Below are positions 1 through 7,804 of a stretch of 32,000 bases of DNA, piece by piece. A model generated the notes under the pieces. That model searched no databases, had not been told where the DNA came from, and saw only the letters and a program-made list of their open reading frames with translations. The position numbers and the translations under genes were made by a program. This DNA is from an uncultured bacterium (GTDB taxonomy: Bacteria; Patescibacteriota; Gracilibacteria; UBA1369; PNNO01), in contig OY969931.1 of assembly GCA_963704705.1 (NCBI GenBank), positions 240,001 to 272,000 on the forward strand, given 5' to 3'. Each line of letters opens with the position of its first letter. Position 1 is the stretch's first letter.

Positions 1-2199
1 CCAGCATCAACTGATGGTACAACTGATGCTTCATCTACTCAAGAAAGAGAAACTTTTAATGTATATCCTCCGGTTCCTGGTTTGGCAATTAAAACACCAC
101 TGCCTGCCCAGCCAGCACTTTCAGCAACACTTAAAAAGCAAATAACAAAATTAGCTGAAAAAGCCAGTGATCAAAGACCGGAACCCGCTGCTGAACCAGC
201 TCCTGAAGCTGCTGTTAAAGCAGTCATAAATCATGGTATAACACTCCCTGAATTACCTTCATTTAGAGATAAGCTTACCGATGAAAAAAATCCTAAAAAA
301 CCTACTGAAAGATTAAAGTCTTGGGTAGGTAGTAATCCAAAAACTGTTAAAGCAGTAATTCTTGGAGTAGTTTTGGCTGTACTTGGCGGATCTGGATATT
401 TGACTTACAAACACGAAGGCAAAAAAGATTCATTAAGAGGTAAAGATAAAGTTGCATCAAAATCAACAATTGATGTTAAGAAAGAAAAAGTGATTATGGC
501 TCCTATTTCAACAATGGAATCTACTATGGAACCTTCAATGGGTCCTACGATGGCTCCTTCAATGAAAGCCCCTATGCATACGGTTATGCAAGCTGAAGCA
601 ATGCGACAGGCAGCAACAATGCAACATGCTATGAGGCCAGAGTCAATGCAGGCACCTATGCATGCGGTAATGAGCGTTGCTGGCATGAAAGCACCTAAAG
701 AAGTTATGGCTGCAAGTAAAGATATTATGAAACCACAGCCTGCACATAGAACAGCCCCTATTCAAAAAACTGTTGATGTAAGAGGTGCAACTTCTAATCC
801 GCGATTTGCAAATATTGATGTCAAAACAGTAGATGATTTACCAGATGGAATTTATAAGCAAATGTGGCAAGGCAAAAAATTCAATTTAGAAGGAAATGTT
901 TCTTATTCAAAATTTCTGGAAGATGCATTAAAAAATATGATAAAAAAACTTCCAAGAAAAGAGAGATATAAAGCTTTATATGCATACTATCAAGAACTCA
1001 GAAAAACTGAAAATGGATGGCTTCTTTATAAGAAATTGCTTGAAGAAAGTCTTGTTGAAAAGGCATTAACAAAAGAAGGTTTAACTGAAAAAGAAGAGGC
1101 ACAGCTTAAAGATTGGAATGATTATCAGAAAAGACATCGAGGAAGAGCAAAGCAGGCAAAAGAACTTCTTCAAAATTATAAATGGCTAATGAAATCAAAG
1201 AAGAAAGGCAAAGCATACAAAATGTATGAAGATTATCGTGCCAGAGGTGTCGAATTGATGGAATTCCCTGGAGTAGCTCATCTTGAAAGAAGTGCAGACA
1301 ATATATTACCTCATGAAAAAATCAGTTATGCTACCAAAGATGGAAAGGCATTAGGTACAATGGTTAGAATGACAAAAGCAATTAAAAAAGTAGCAAAATC
1401 CTTCCCAATGCCTGATTTAGCTATGGGTAGTACAACCGGTTCAATTGAACAAACGCCTTCTCATACGATGTTTGCTGAACATCAGGTTGATGCTCCAACT
1501 CCTCCGCCAATTCCAGCTGATGCAGTTGTTCATCAGGTTGATGATAGCCAGATTTTATCTGTTGCACCTTTGCCGCCTAATACTCCTAAATCATTTGGTT
1601 CGGCTCCAATGCCTGATCTTAAACCTGTACTTGGGGATATGCTTGCAAAGAGACCTCCTAGAATTCCTGCAGACGCAAGAGTTTATAAAATTGAACCTAA
1701 GGATATGTTTGATGTGAAAATGGCTAAACCGCAGGATTTTGGTTCAGCGCCAATGCCTGAATTAAAAGCGGTTCTAGCAGCAATGGACAGAAAGAGAAAG
1801 CAAACTCCGCCGCCAATTCCGCAGGACGCATATTATAAATTAACTGAAGATGATATTTTACCGGAACCACCACCAATTCCGGTTGAAGAAAGTCAGATTT
1901 TGAAAGTTAAAAATATGGCTCCGGAACCAAAAATGTATGGTGCGGCTCCGCTTCCAAAAGAAATTAAACCTATTTTAGGAGTTAAACCACCGGCAATTCC
2001 TGCAGATGCAAGACCTCAGGTTTACGATATTCCAAGAGGTGAATCAAACGATGTACCTGAATATGCTTCTATTACTGATGATAGAATGCCAAAAGTTGGA
2101 CCTCCGCCAATCCCTGCAATGGCTGATGTAGCTAAAACACCAAAGAAAAAAAGCTTATGGGGAAGAGCAAAAAATTGGTTTAAAGAAAAATTAGCTTAA
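1..2199 (+). CDS. 5'-partial membrane-anchored repeat protein of unknown function: Met/His-rich segment, Lys/Glu-rich helical middle, C-terminal PPPIP-type proline-rich modules
   Basis: Frame 1 is open from base 1, with no stop before the TTG at 82 used by the ORF track. Stop TAA at 2197-2199. One hydrophobic helix (VKAVILGVVLAVLGGSGYLTY). Strongly non-random composition with internal repeats. Confidence 0.6.
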   Translation, partial: PASTDGTTDASSTQERETFNVYPPVPGLAIKTPLPAQPALSATLKKQITKLAEKASDQRPEPAAEPAPEAAVKAVINHGITLPELPSFRDKLTDEKNPKKPTERLKSWVGSNPKTVKAVILGVVLAVLGGSGYLTYKHEGKKDSLRGKDKVASKSTIDVKKEKVIMAPISTMESTMEPSMGPTMAPSMKAPMHTVMQAEAMRQAATMQHAMRPESMQAPMHAVMSVAGMKAPKEVMAASKDIMKPQPAHRTAPIQKTVDVRGATSNPRFANIDVKTVDDLPDGIYKQMWQGKKFNLEGNVSYSKFLEDALKNMIKKLPRKERYKALYAYYQELRKTENGWLLYKKLLEESLVEKALTKEGLTEKEEAQLKDWNDYQKRHRGRAKQAKELLQNYKWLMKSKKKGKAYKMYEDYRARGVELMEFPGVAHLERSADNILPHEKISYATKDGKALGTMVRMTKAIKKVAKSFPMPDLAMGSTTGSIEQTPSHTMFAEHQVDAPTPPPIPADAVVHQVDDSQILSVAPLPPNTPKSFGSAPMPDLKPVLGDMLAKRPPRIPADARVYKIEPKDMFDVKMAKPQDFGSAPMPELKAVLAAMDRKRKQTPPPIPQDAYYKLTEDDILPEPPPIPVEESQILKVKNMAPEPKMYGAAPLPKEIKPILGVKPPAIPADARPQVYDIPRGESNDVPEYASITDDRMPKVGPPPIPAMADVAKTPKKKSLWGRAKNWFKEKLA
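1492..2120 (+). repeat. Degenerate in-frame tandem modules inside the CDS (PP[PRA]IP-x-DA ... G[SA]AP[ML]P-x-[LI]K-x-[VI]L)
   Basis: Six PPxIP-encoding copies (ccgccaattcc-like) start near 1504, 1655, 1804, 1866, 1984 and 2101. Three GSAPMPDLKPVL-like copies start near 1597, 1741 and 1939. The main period is roughly 150 nt. Confidence 0.7.
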
Positions 2200-2206
2200 A
2201 TCGTAT

Positions 2207-2235
2207 TTGACATTTCTTTCTCGATGTGGTATCAT
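2207..2235 (+). promoter_or_regulatory. Sigma-70-type promoter (TTGACA, 17-nt spacer, TATCAT with TGn extended -10) firing into a gene-free gap
   Basis: TTGACA 2207-2212, 17-nt spacer, TG at 2227-2228, TATCAT 2230-2235. It starts 8 nt after the stop of the upstream CDS and faces the 3' end of a convergent CDS, so it serves no protein gene. Confidence 0.55.
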
Positions 2236-2241
2236 ATTAGT

Positions 2242-2448
2242 GTAATGATGGTTCTGTAGACTTCGGTCTTAGAATCTGAATTACAACCCTTGAATTTCTC
2301 ATCTTCTATTTAAGCTTCGGCTTCTTGTGGGGGTGAGCGATTCATCCCCTTTGATACCTGAGTGCTTCGGTATCTCATGTATCAGACCCCTTTAGCGGGT
2401 CCTCGAGAGTTGAATCTAATTTGGCCCTTGGGGGCCCGCTTTCCCTTT
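2242..2448 (+). ncRNA. Candidate ~200-nt structured small RNA of unknown class
   Basis: GC-rich island in AT-rich DNA. Six consecutive hairpins (2251-2276, 2312-2323, 2330-2349, 2353-2383, 2385-2401, 2423-2436). Three are capped by C(UUCG)G tetraloops (cttcgg at 2261-2266, 2315-2320, 2365-2370), which read UUCG only on the + strand. The last stem is followed by a T-rich tract. No ORF longer than 25 codons. Confidence 0.5.
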
Positions 2449-2458
2449 ATATAGAAAT

Positions 2459-4054
2459 TTACTTAACTGCTTCGGCAACATTTTTAAGATGTCCGTTTAT
2501 TCTTCCAAAGTGAATCATTAAATCCGCAAATAAATATCCGGCTATATGTCCGCAATTACCGCTTGTTAATCTTGTTATATGGGATTTTTCAGCCTTTGAT
2601 AAAGTTGCATTGGTATCAGTCATTTGAGATAGCGCATTTAATGAACTTCTTTTATTGTTTTCTATAAATGCATTTTTTGTTAGTTCCAGCATTCTATTTG
2701 AGTCTTTGAAAAATTTCTCCAAATCTGTTTTTGCAGGAGGCGTGAATTCTATATCGTCTTCATAAATGTGCTGTGAAATAAGTGCAATTTTTTCTATTCT
2801 GTCACAAACGCGTTCAATATCTTTTGCTCCATTAAGAAGTGTTGAAGAATATTCGGAACTTTCATCAGAAAGCTCTTTTCTTGTAACTTCAATAATATAA
2901 CCTGAAATTGATTTATATAATTTATCTATCGAATCTTCATCTGTTAAAACTTCCTGAAATTTTTTATGGTCGAATTTTTTAAGACAACTTCTTGTTTTAT
3001 TAAGCATGTCCTGAGTAATAGTAAGCATTGTACCCATTTCTTTTTTTACAGCGGTGAGTGCAATTGAGGGTGTACTTAATAAATTTTTGTCTAAAAACTG
3101 TACTTCTTTTTGTTCATAATCCTGACCTTTAATTATTTTTTTAATTAAAAGCGTGTAATAACCAATAAAAGGTAAGAAAATTAAAGTATTAAATACATTG
3201 AATGCAGTGTGAGTGTTTGCGATTTGTCTGGTCAGGTCATCAGGGCTTAAAATAGGTATAAAATGTTGATAAACAGGGAATAGAAAATAAGCAATAATTA
3301 CCCCTATTACATTGAATAAAGTATGGCCCAATGCTAATTGTTTACTGGCTATTTTACCTCCTGCACTAGCAATAATCGCGGTAATACAGGTTCCGATGTT
3401 ATCACCGAGTATTAAAAAGAATGCAACCCTATAATCAATTAAACCTGCTATTGCAAGCGCAATAACTATACCAATTGTTGTACTGCTGCTTTGTAATAAA
3501 ATTGTAATTGTTATTCCAAGAAATATTGCCAATATTGGCCAGCTTCCAAACTGAATAAAAAGATTTTTAATTGATTCGCTTCCTGCCAATGGTTTAACAG
3601 CGTCACTCATCATACTAAGACCCATAAATAAAAGTCCAAATCCTAAAACAGCAATACCTATTTTCTTAATTTTATTTTTTTTGGCGAAAAAGAATACAAA
3701 AGCACCAACTGCAATAAATATAGGTGAAAAGTGCGTTAGCTTAAATGCAATTAATTGAGCTGTAATTGTCGTACCTATATTTGCACCCAATATAACAGGA
3801 ATTGCTTTGCCCAAAGTGATTAAGCCTGCATTAATAAATCCAATTAAAATTACAGAAGTTGCACTTGAACTTTGTATTAATGCTGTTACTCCTGTTCCGA
3901 CAAGTACACCTTTAATACGATTTGATGTAAGTTTTTCTAAAACTGATTTTAATCTATCAAGCGTGAGCTGTTTTAGCGCATCCGACATTATGTACATACC
4001 ATAAATAAAGATGCCGAGTCCGCCAACAATTCCAAGTATTACATCCATAGCCAT
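2459..4054 (-). CDS. Na+/phosphate cotransporter family protein (Na_Pi_cotrans repeats plus PhoU-like C-terminal domain)
   Basis: 531 aa, polytopic. Duplicated signature segments LIQSSSATSVILIGF and LLQSSSTTIGIVIALA are typical of NptA/YjbB-type Na/Pi symporters. Soluble helical C-terminal third. Confidence 0.85.
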   Translation of the reverse strand: MAMDVILGIVGGLGIFIYGMYIMSDALKQLTLDRLKSVLEKLTSNRIKGVLVGTGVTALIQSSSATSVILIGFINAGLITLGKAIPVILGANIGTTITAQLIAFKLTHFSPIFIAVGAFVFFFAKKNKIKKIGIAVLGFGLLFMGLSMMSDAVKPLAGSESIKNLFIQFGSWPILAIFLGITITILLQSSSTTIGIVIALAIAGLIDYRVAFFLILGDNIGTCITAIIASAGGKIASKQLALGHTLFNVIGVIIAYFLFPVYQHFIPILSPDDLTRQIANTHTAFNVFNTLIFLPFIGYYTLLIKKIIKGQDYEQKEVQFLDKNLLSTPSIALTAVKKEMGTMLTITQDMLNKTRSCLKKFDHKKFQEVLTDEDSIDKLYKSISGYIIEVTRKELSDESSEYSSTLLNGAKDIERVCDRIEKIALISQHIYEDDIEFTPPAKTDLEKFFKDSNRMLELTKNAFIENNKRSSLNALSQMTDTNATLSKAEKSHITRLTSGNCGHIAGYLFADLMIHFGRINGHLKNVAEAVK

Positions 4055-4148
4055 AATTTTTTTTGTTAATTTTATCTGATGCTAACATGGGACATTGAAT
4101 TTTTAAAGTAATTCTGATACTTTAAAATCCACAAAATTCTGTTTTATT

Positions 4149-5510
4149 ATGCAATTAAATTACCATATACAAACATTGGGCTGTCAGATGAACTACTCTG
4201 ATTCAGAGCGAATTGATGCTGTGCTTCAAAATCTTGGAATGCAAAAAGTTGAAAATATGGATAAGGCAGATCTTATTTTGTTCAATACTTGTTCGGTTAA
4301 ACAAAAGGCTGAAGATAAAGTAACAGGTCAGATGAGAAAATTAACAGAATTAAGACGTGAACGCCCTAATTTAATAGCCGGCATTACCGGTTGTATGGTT
4401 CGCAAAACATCTACTAAAAATTCCGAAGAAAAGGATAAGTTAATAAAAAGCCTTTCAGAAATAGATATGGTGTTCAGAATCGAAGATCTCCCAAAACTTC
4501 CGGGTTTAATTAAAGATTTATGGCCTGAAATTGACGCACCTGATTTACTTACCGGAAATCTTGAAAATTATTTTAGTATTAACCCGGTTTATTCAAATAA
4601 AGCACAGGCTTTTGTTCCGATTGGAACAGGTTGCGACAACTTTTGTACATATTGCATTGTACCTTACAGTAGACATCGTGAAAAATCCAGGCCAATCCCG
4701 CAAATCTTAGCGGAATGCGAAAAATTGGTAGACAACGGTTGTCTTGAGATCACTCTTTTAGGCCAGAATGTCAACTCTTACGGAATAAGTGACTATGATA
4801 AAAAAACAGATCTTTTTAATAAATGGTCGAATCCATTTGTTGAGCTCCTAACTCAAATCGATAAATTAAAAGAGCGCGGATTGAAACGTTTAAGATTTAC
4901 TTCAAATCATCCAAAAGATCTTTCAGACATTTTAATAAATACTATGACTCAACTCGAGACTTTAATGCCTTATATCCATCTCCCGGTTCAGTCTGGTAAT
5001 GATGAAGTTCTAAAAAGAATGAATCGAAATTATTCTTCTGATTGGTACAGGGAATTAATAAATAAGCTTCGTACAGCCATTCCTGATATCGCGATTACAA
5101 CCGATATAATTGTTGGATTTTGTGGAGAAACCGAGGAGCAATTCCAGGATACAATTCAGCTTTATAAAGATGTTAAATGGGACATGTGCTATCTTTCAAA
5201 ATATTCCGATCGCATAGGCACTTTTGCTTCTTCAAATATACCTGATGATATTCCTGAAGAAGTTAAAACCGACCGCTGGCACAGATTAAACGCAGTTTTA
5301 AAACAAACAGCATTTGACCAAAATCAAAAATTCAAAGGCCGCACAGTTAAAGTTTTAGTTGAAAAATGCAGAAAAGGAATTTGCGAGGGCAGAAGCGAAC
5401 ATTTCAAGACAGTTCAGTTTAATTCACACGAAGAATTAACAGGAAAAATTATTGAAGTTAAAGTGGTTAATGCAAGAGAGTGGCTATTGGAAGGTGAACT
5501 TATTTCTTGA
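4149..5510 (+). CDS. miaB: tRNA methylthiotransferase, MiaB-type radical SAM enzyme
   Basis: N-terminal UPF0004 motif TLGCQMNYSDSE, radical-SAM cluster CDNFCTYCIVP, C-terminal TRAM-like beta domain. 453 aa. Confidence 0.8.
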   Translation: MQLNYHIQTLGCQMNYSDSERIDAVLQNLGMQKVENMDKADLILFNTCSVKQKAEDKVTGQMRKLTELRRERPNLIAGITGCMVRKTSTKNSEEKDKLIKSLSEIDMVFRIEDLPKLPGLIKDLWPEIDAPDLLTGNLENYFSINPVYSNKAQAFVPIGTGCDNFCTYCIVPYSRHREKSRPIPQILAECEKLVDNGCLEITLLGQNVNSYGISDYDKKTDLFNKWSNPFVELLTQIDKLKERGLKRLRFTSNHPKDLSDILINTMTQLETLMPYIHLPVQSGNDEVLKRMNRNYSSDWYRELINKLRTAIPDIAITTDIIVGFCGETEEQFQDTIQLYKDVKWDMCYLSKYSDRIGTFASSNIPDDIPEEVKTDRWHRLNAVLKQTAFDQNQKFKGRTVKVLVEKCRKGICEGRSEHFKTVQFNSHEELTGKIIEVKVVNAREWLLEGELIS

Positions 5511-5847
5511 TTGTTTTTGCTCTGATTGATTCATAAATAAATAATAAACCTATTATTGTTGGCGGCAAAGTTATTAATAAAACCACTATCAAATCTTGGT
5601 ATGTCTTAAAGAATATCAATGAAGCCAGCGCAAGGATTAAAAATATAATTCCGCCAATTTTAGGCCTTTTCCATGCGATAATTAGCGCTGCTATAAGCAA
5701 AAGTGTAGGGATATTATGCATAAAAAATGCCACAAGGATTTCAGGAAAGCTATATCCTTCAAAAAAAACATCAATCGACAAAAGTCCAATAAACAGTATT
5801 AATAAAATAGTTAGTATACGCGCTCCCCAGCGCAAAGTTTTGAGCAT
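5500..5847 (-). CDS. Small integral membrane protein, unknown function
   Basis: 115 aa with about four hydrophobic helices. Starts 2 nt after the alaS stop on the same strand. Its 3' end overlaps the miaB 3' end by 11 nt. Confidence 0.55.
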   Translation of the reverse strand: MLKTLRWGARILTILLILFIGLLSIDVFFEGYSFPEILVAFFMHNIPTLLLIAALIIAWKRPKIGGIIFLILALASLIFFKTYQDLIVVLLITLPPTIIGLLFIYESIRAKTIKK

Positions 5848-5849
5848 AA

Positions 5850-7655
5850 TTATTCGTTGCTAACGATTGCTTTGATTCTTCGGACCCCTGCGCTCGAACT
5901 TTGTTCTTTTTTAATTTTGAATGAACCGAGTTCTTTAGTGTTTTGCACGTGAGGACCGCCACAAATTTCTTTGCTGAAATCGCCAACGCTGTAAACCTTA
6001 ACAGTGTCACCATATTTTGATTCAAATAGTCCGATTGCGCCTTTTTCTTTTGCTTTGTTAACTGTCATTTCTTCACATGTTACAGGCAATTCACGCTGAA
6101 TTTGTTCATTAACTATTTTTTCAACTTCGGCGATTTGTTCCGGAGTCATTTTGTCAGGATGAGTGAAATCAAAACGTAAACGATCAACTGTGATGTTTGA
6201 ACCTTTTTGCTCAACATGGTCACCCAAAACATTTCGGAGCGCTTGATGCAAGAGGTGAGTGGCTGTATGAAGTTTTGTAGTTTGCTCAGAATGGTCCGCT
6301 AATCCGCCTGCAAATTTTTCTTTTGCTCCTGCACGTGAAAGCTCCTGATGTTTTTGATATGCCTTTTCATATCCTTCACGGTCAACTTTTAAACCGTTTT
6401 CCTTTGCTAATTCTTCTGTCATTTCAATAGGGAAACCGTAAGTGTCATAAAGCTTAAATGCCAATCTGCCCGGCAAAACAGGCTCTTTACCTTTCATTAA
6501 ATTTGGAAGCATTTTTTCGAATTCTTTTTCACCCTGCGTTAATGTTTTGCTGAATTGTTCTTCTTCTTTGCTTAATTCAGCCATTATTTTGTCACTGAAT
6601 TCTTCCAGCTCGGGATATACATCTTTATAAATATCAATATAAGTTTTGGCTATTTCACAACAGAAAGCCCCTAAAATACCTAGTTTTTTTGCATATCTTA
6701 TTGCACGTCTGATCAAACGTCTCAATACATAACCCTGATCAGTATTTGATGGAGCAATGCCAAAAGGATCTCCCAAAATAAACACAGCAGCACGCAAATG
6801 GTCAGCAACTATTCGTTCAGCTAAGGTATCGTTATTAGTTGAAAGTTCGCGGATTTTTTTCATCACAGGTACAAAAAGATCTGTTTCAAAAGGAGTATCA
6901 ACTCCCTGCAATAAACATATTACACGATCCAGACCAAGTCCGGTATCAACATTTTTCTGAGCCAAAGGAGTAAAGCTTCCGTCTTCATTTTTATTATATT
7001 GCATAAAAACGTTATTCCAGATTTCAACATATTTCCCGCATTCGCACGAAGGCCCAAGCTCATCGCATTTTTCGCATTTTGGTATATCTTTAATATAAAA
7101 AATTTCAGTGTCAGGTCCGCATGGTCCTGTTTGACCAGCAGGCCCCCACCAGTTTTCTTTTTTGCTGTAAAAATAAATTAAGCCGCCTTCACATGGTTGA
7201 CCTTTATCAACTCTTCTAAATCCAAGTTCTTCCCATGCTTTTGCAGCTTCGTCATCTCGAGGCGCATCAGCATCTCCTTCAAAACATGAAACTACAAGTT
7301 TATTAGGGTCGAATCCAAGCTCTTCAGTCAAAAATTCATATGACATTTTAATCGATTCTTCCTTAAAATAATCACCTAACGACCAATTCCCCATCATTTC
7401 GAAAAAAGTAAGATGGGTCGTATCTCCAACTTCATCAATGTCGTCGGTTCTTAAACATTTTTGGAAATCAACCAATCGATTGCCAGCGGGGTGTTTTTCA
7501 CCAAGTAAAAAGGGTACCAAAGGATGCATACCCGCTGTTGTAAATAAAACAGTAGGGTCATTTTCAGGTATTAAAGAACCACCTTTAATCTCTTTATGGT
7601 CATGTTTTTTTACAAAGAAATCAATATATTTCTGACGAAGTCCCGAAGCTTTCAT
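5850..7655 (-). CDS. alaS: Alanine--tRNA ligase, short form lacking the C-Ala domain
   Basis: N-terminus LRQKYIDFFVKKHDHKEIKGGSLIPENDPTVLFTTAGMHP. Editing-domain motifs HTATHLLHQALR and CGGPHV. Only 601 aa, and it ends right after the editing domain. Confidence 0.9.
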   Translation of the reverse strand: MKASGLRQKYIDFFVKKHDHKEIKGGSLIPENDPTVLFTTAGMHPLVPFLLGEKHPAGNRLVDFQKCLRTDDIDEVGDTTHLTFFEMMGNWSLGDYFKEESIKMSYEFLTEELGFDPNKLVVSCFEGDADAPRDDEAAKAWEELGFRRVDKGQPCEGGLIYFYSKKENWWGPAGQTGPCGPDTEIFYIKDIPKCEKCDELGPSCECGKYVEIWNNVFMQYNKNEDGSFTPLAQKNVDTGLGLDRVICLLQGVDTPFETDLFVPVMKKIRELSTNNDTLAERIVADHLRAAVFILGDPFGIAPSNTDQGYVLRRLIRRAIRYAKKLGILGAFCCEIAKTYIDIYKDVYPELEEFSDKIMAELSKEEEQFSKTLTQGEKEFEKMLPNLMKGKEPVLPGRLAFKLYDTYGFPIEMTEELAKENGLKVDREGYEKAYQKHQELSRAGAKEKFAGGLADHSEQTTKLHTATHLLHQALRNVLGDHVEQKGSNITVDRLRFDFTHPDKMTPEQIAEVEKIVNEQIQRELPVTCEEMTVNKAKEKGAIGLFESKYGDTVKVYSVGDFSKEICGGPHVQNTKELGSFKIKKEQSSSAGVRRIKAIVSNE

Positions 7656-7665
7656 AATATTATAC

Positions 7666-7714
7666 TTACTTAGTATGGGGGTACTTACTAAGTAACCCCC
7701 CAGTTACTTAGTAA
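7666..7714 (-). promoter_or_regulatory. alaS leader/operator: three TTAC-N3-GTAA palindromes at a 19-nt period with flanking G5 and C6 runs
   Basis: TTACTTAGTAt at 7666-7676, TTACTAAGTAA at 7685-7695, TTACTTAGTAA at 7704-7714. GGGGG at 7677-7681 and CCCCCC at 7696-7701. Neighbouring copies are reverse complements of each other. Confidence 0.5.
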
Positions 7715-7726
7715 TTTACACCCATG

Positions 7727-7755
7727 ATTCTAGAGAATTTTCTTGTATTTAACAA
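7727..7755 (-). promoter_or_regulatory. Putative alaS promoter (TTGTTA, 17-nt spacer, TAGAAT on the minus strand)
   Basis: Minus-strand -35 TTGTTA at 7755-7750, 17-nt spacer, -10 TAGAAT at 7732-7727. The predicted start near 7720 places all three palindromes in a ~65-nt 5' UTR. Confidence 0.4.
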
Positions 7756-7804
7756 GGATTTTTGCCATATTATACCCACACAAACTTAATTAAATTCAAC
7801 ATAT

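Noticed and set aside
405-686. 93-aa Cys/Ile/Ala-rich ORF on the minus strand
   Set aside because: It lies exactly antisense to the Met-rich coding segment. Its odd composition is the mirror image of the repeated ATG/GCA codons, not an independent gene.
1445-1717. 90-aa Leu-rich ORF in an alternative + frame
   Set aside because: It is embedded in the proline-rich repeat region of the long frame-1 CDS, and its low-complexity composition is an artefact of the repeat.
2328-2402. Local resemblance to the TPP riboswitch core (GGGGUGAG ... CCCCUUUGAUACCUGAG versus ACCC-UUUGAACCUGAUC)
   Set aside because: It lacks the CUGAGA junction with a P3 hairpin and the UAAU..GCG pyrophosphate-sensing helix. 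No downstream gene exists on either strand for it to regulate.
4055-4148. Possible DnaA-box-like ATCCACA in the Na/Pi / miaB divergent spacer, considered as an origin signal
   Set aside because: It is a single 7/9 match with no cluster of boxes, no AT-rich unwinding repeats and no dnaA or dnaN nearby.
7666-7714. TTAC-N3-GTAA copies upstream of alaS as LexA boxes (the same consensus as the Bdellovibrio-type LexA box), or as a mini-CRISPR
   Set aside because: The lexA promoter in this same window lacks this motif and carries a different twin palindrome, and alaS is not an expected SOS gene. Three 11-mers at a 19-nt period with no cas genes do not make a CRISPR array.
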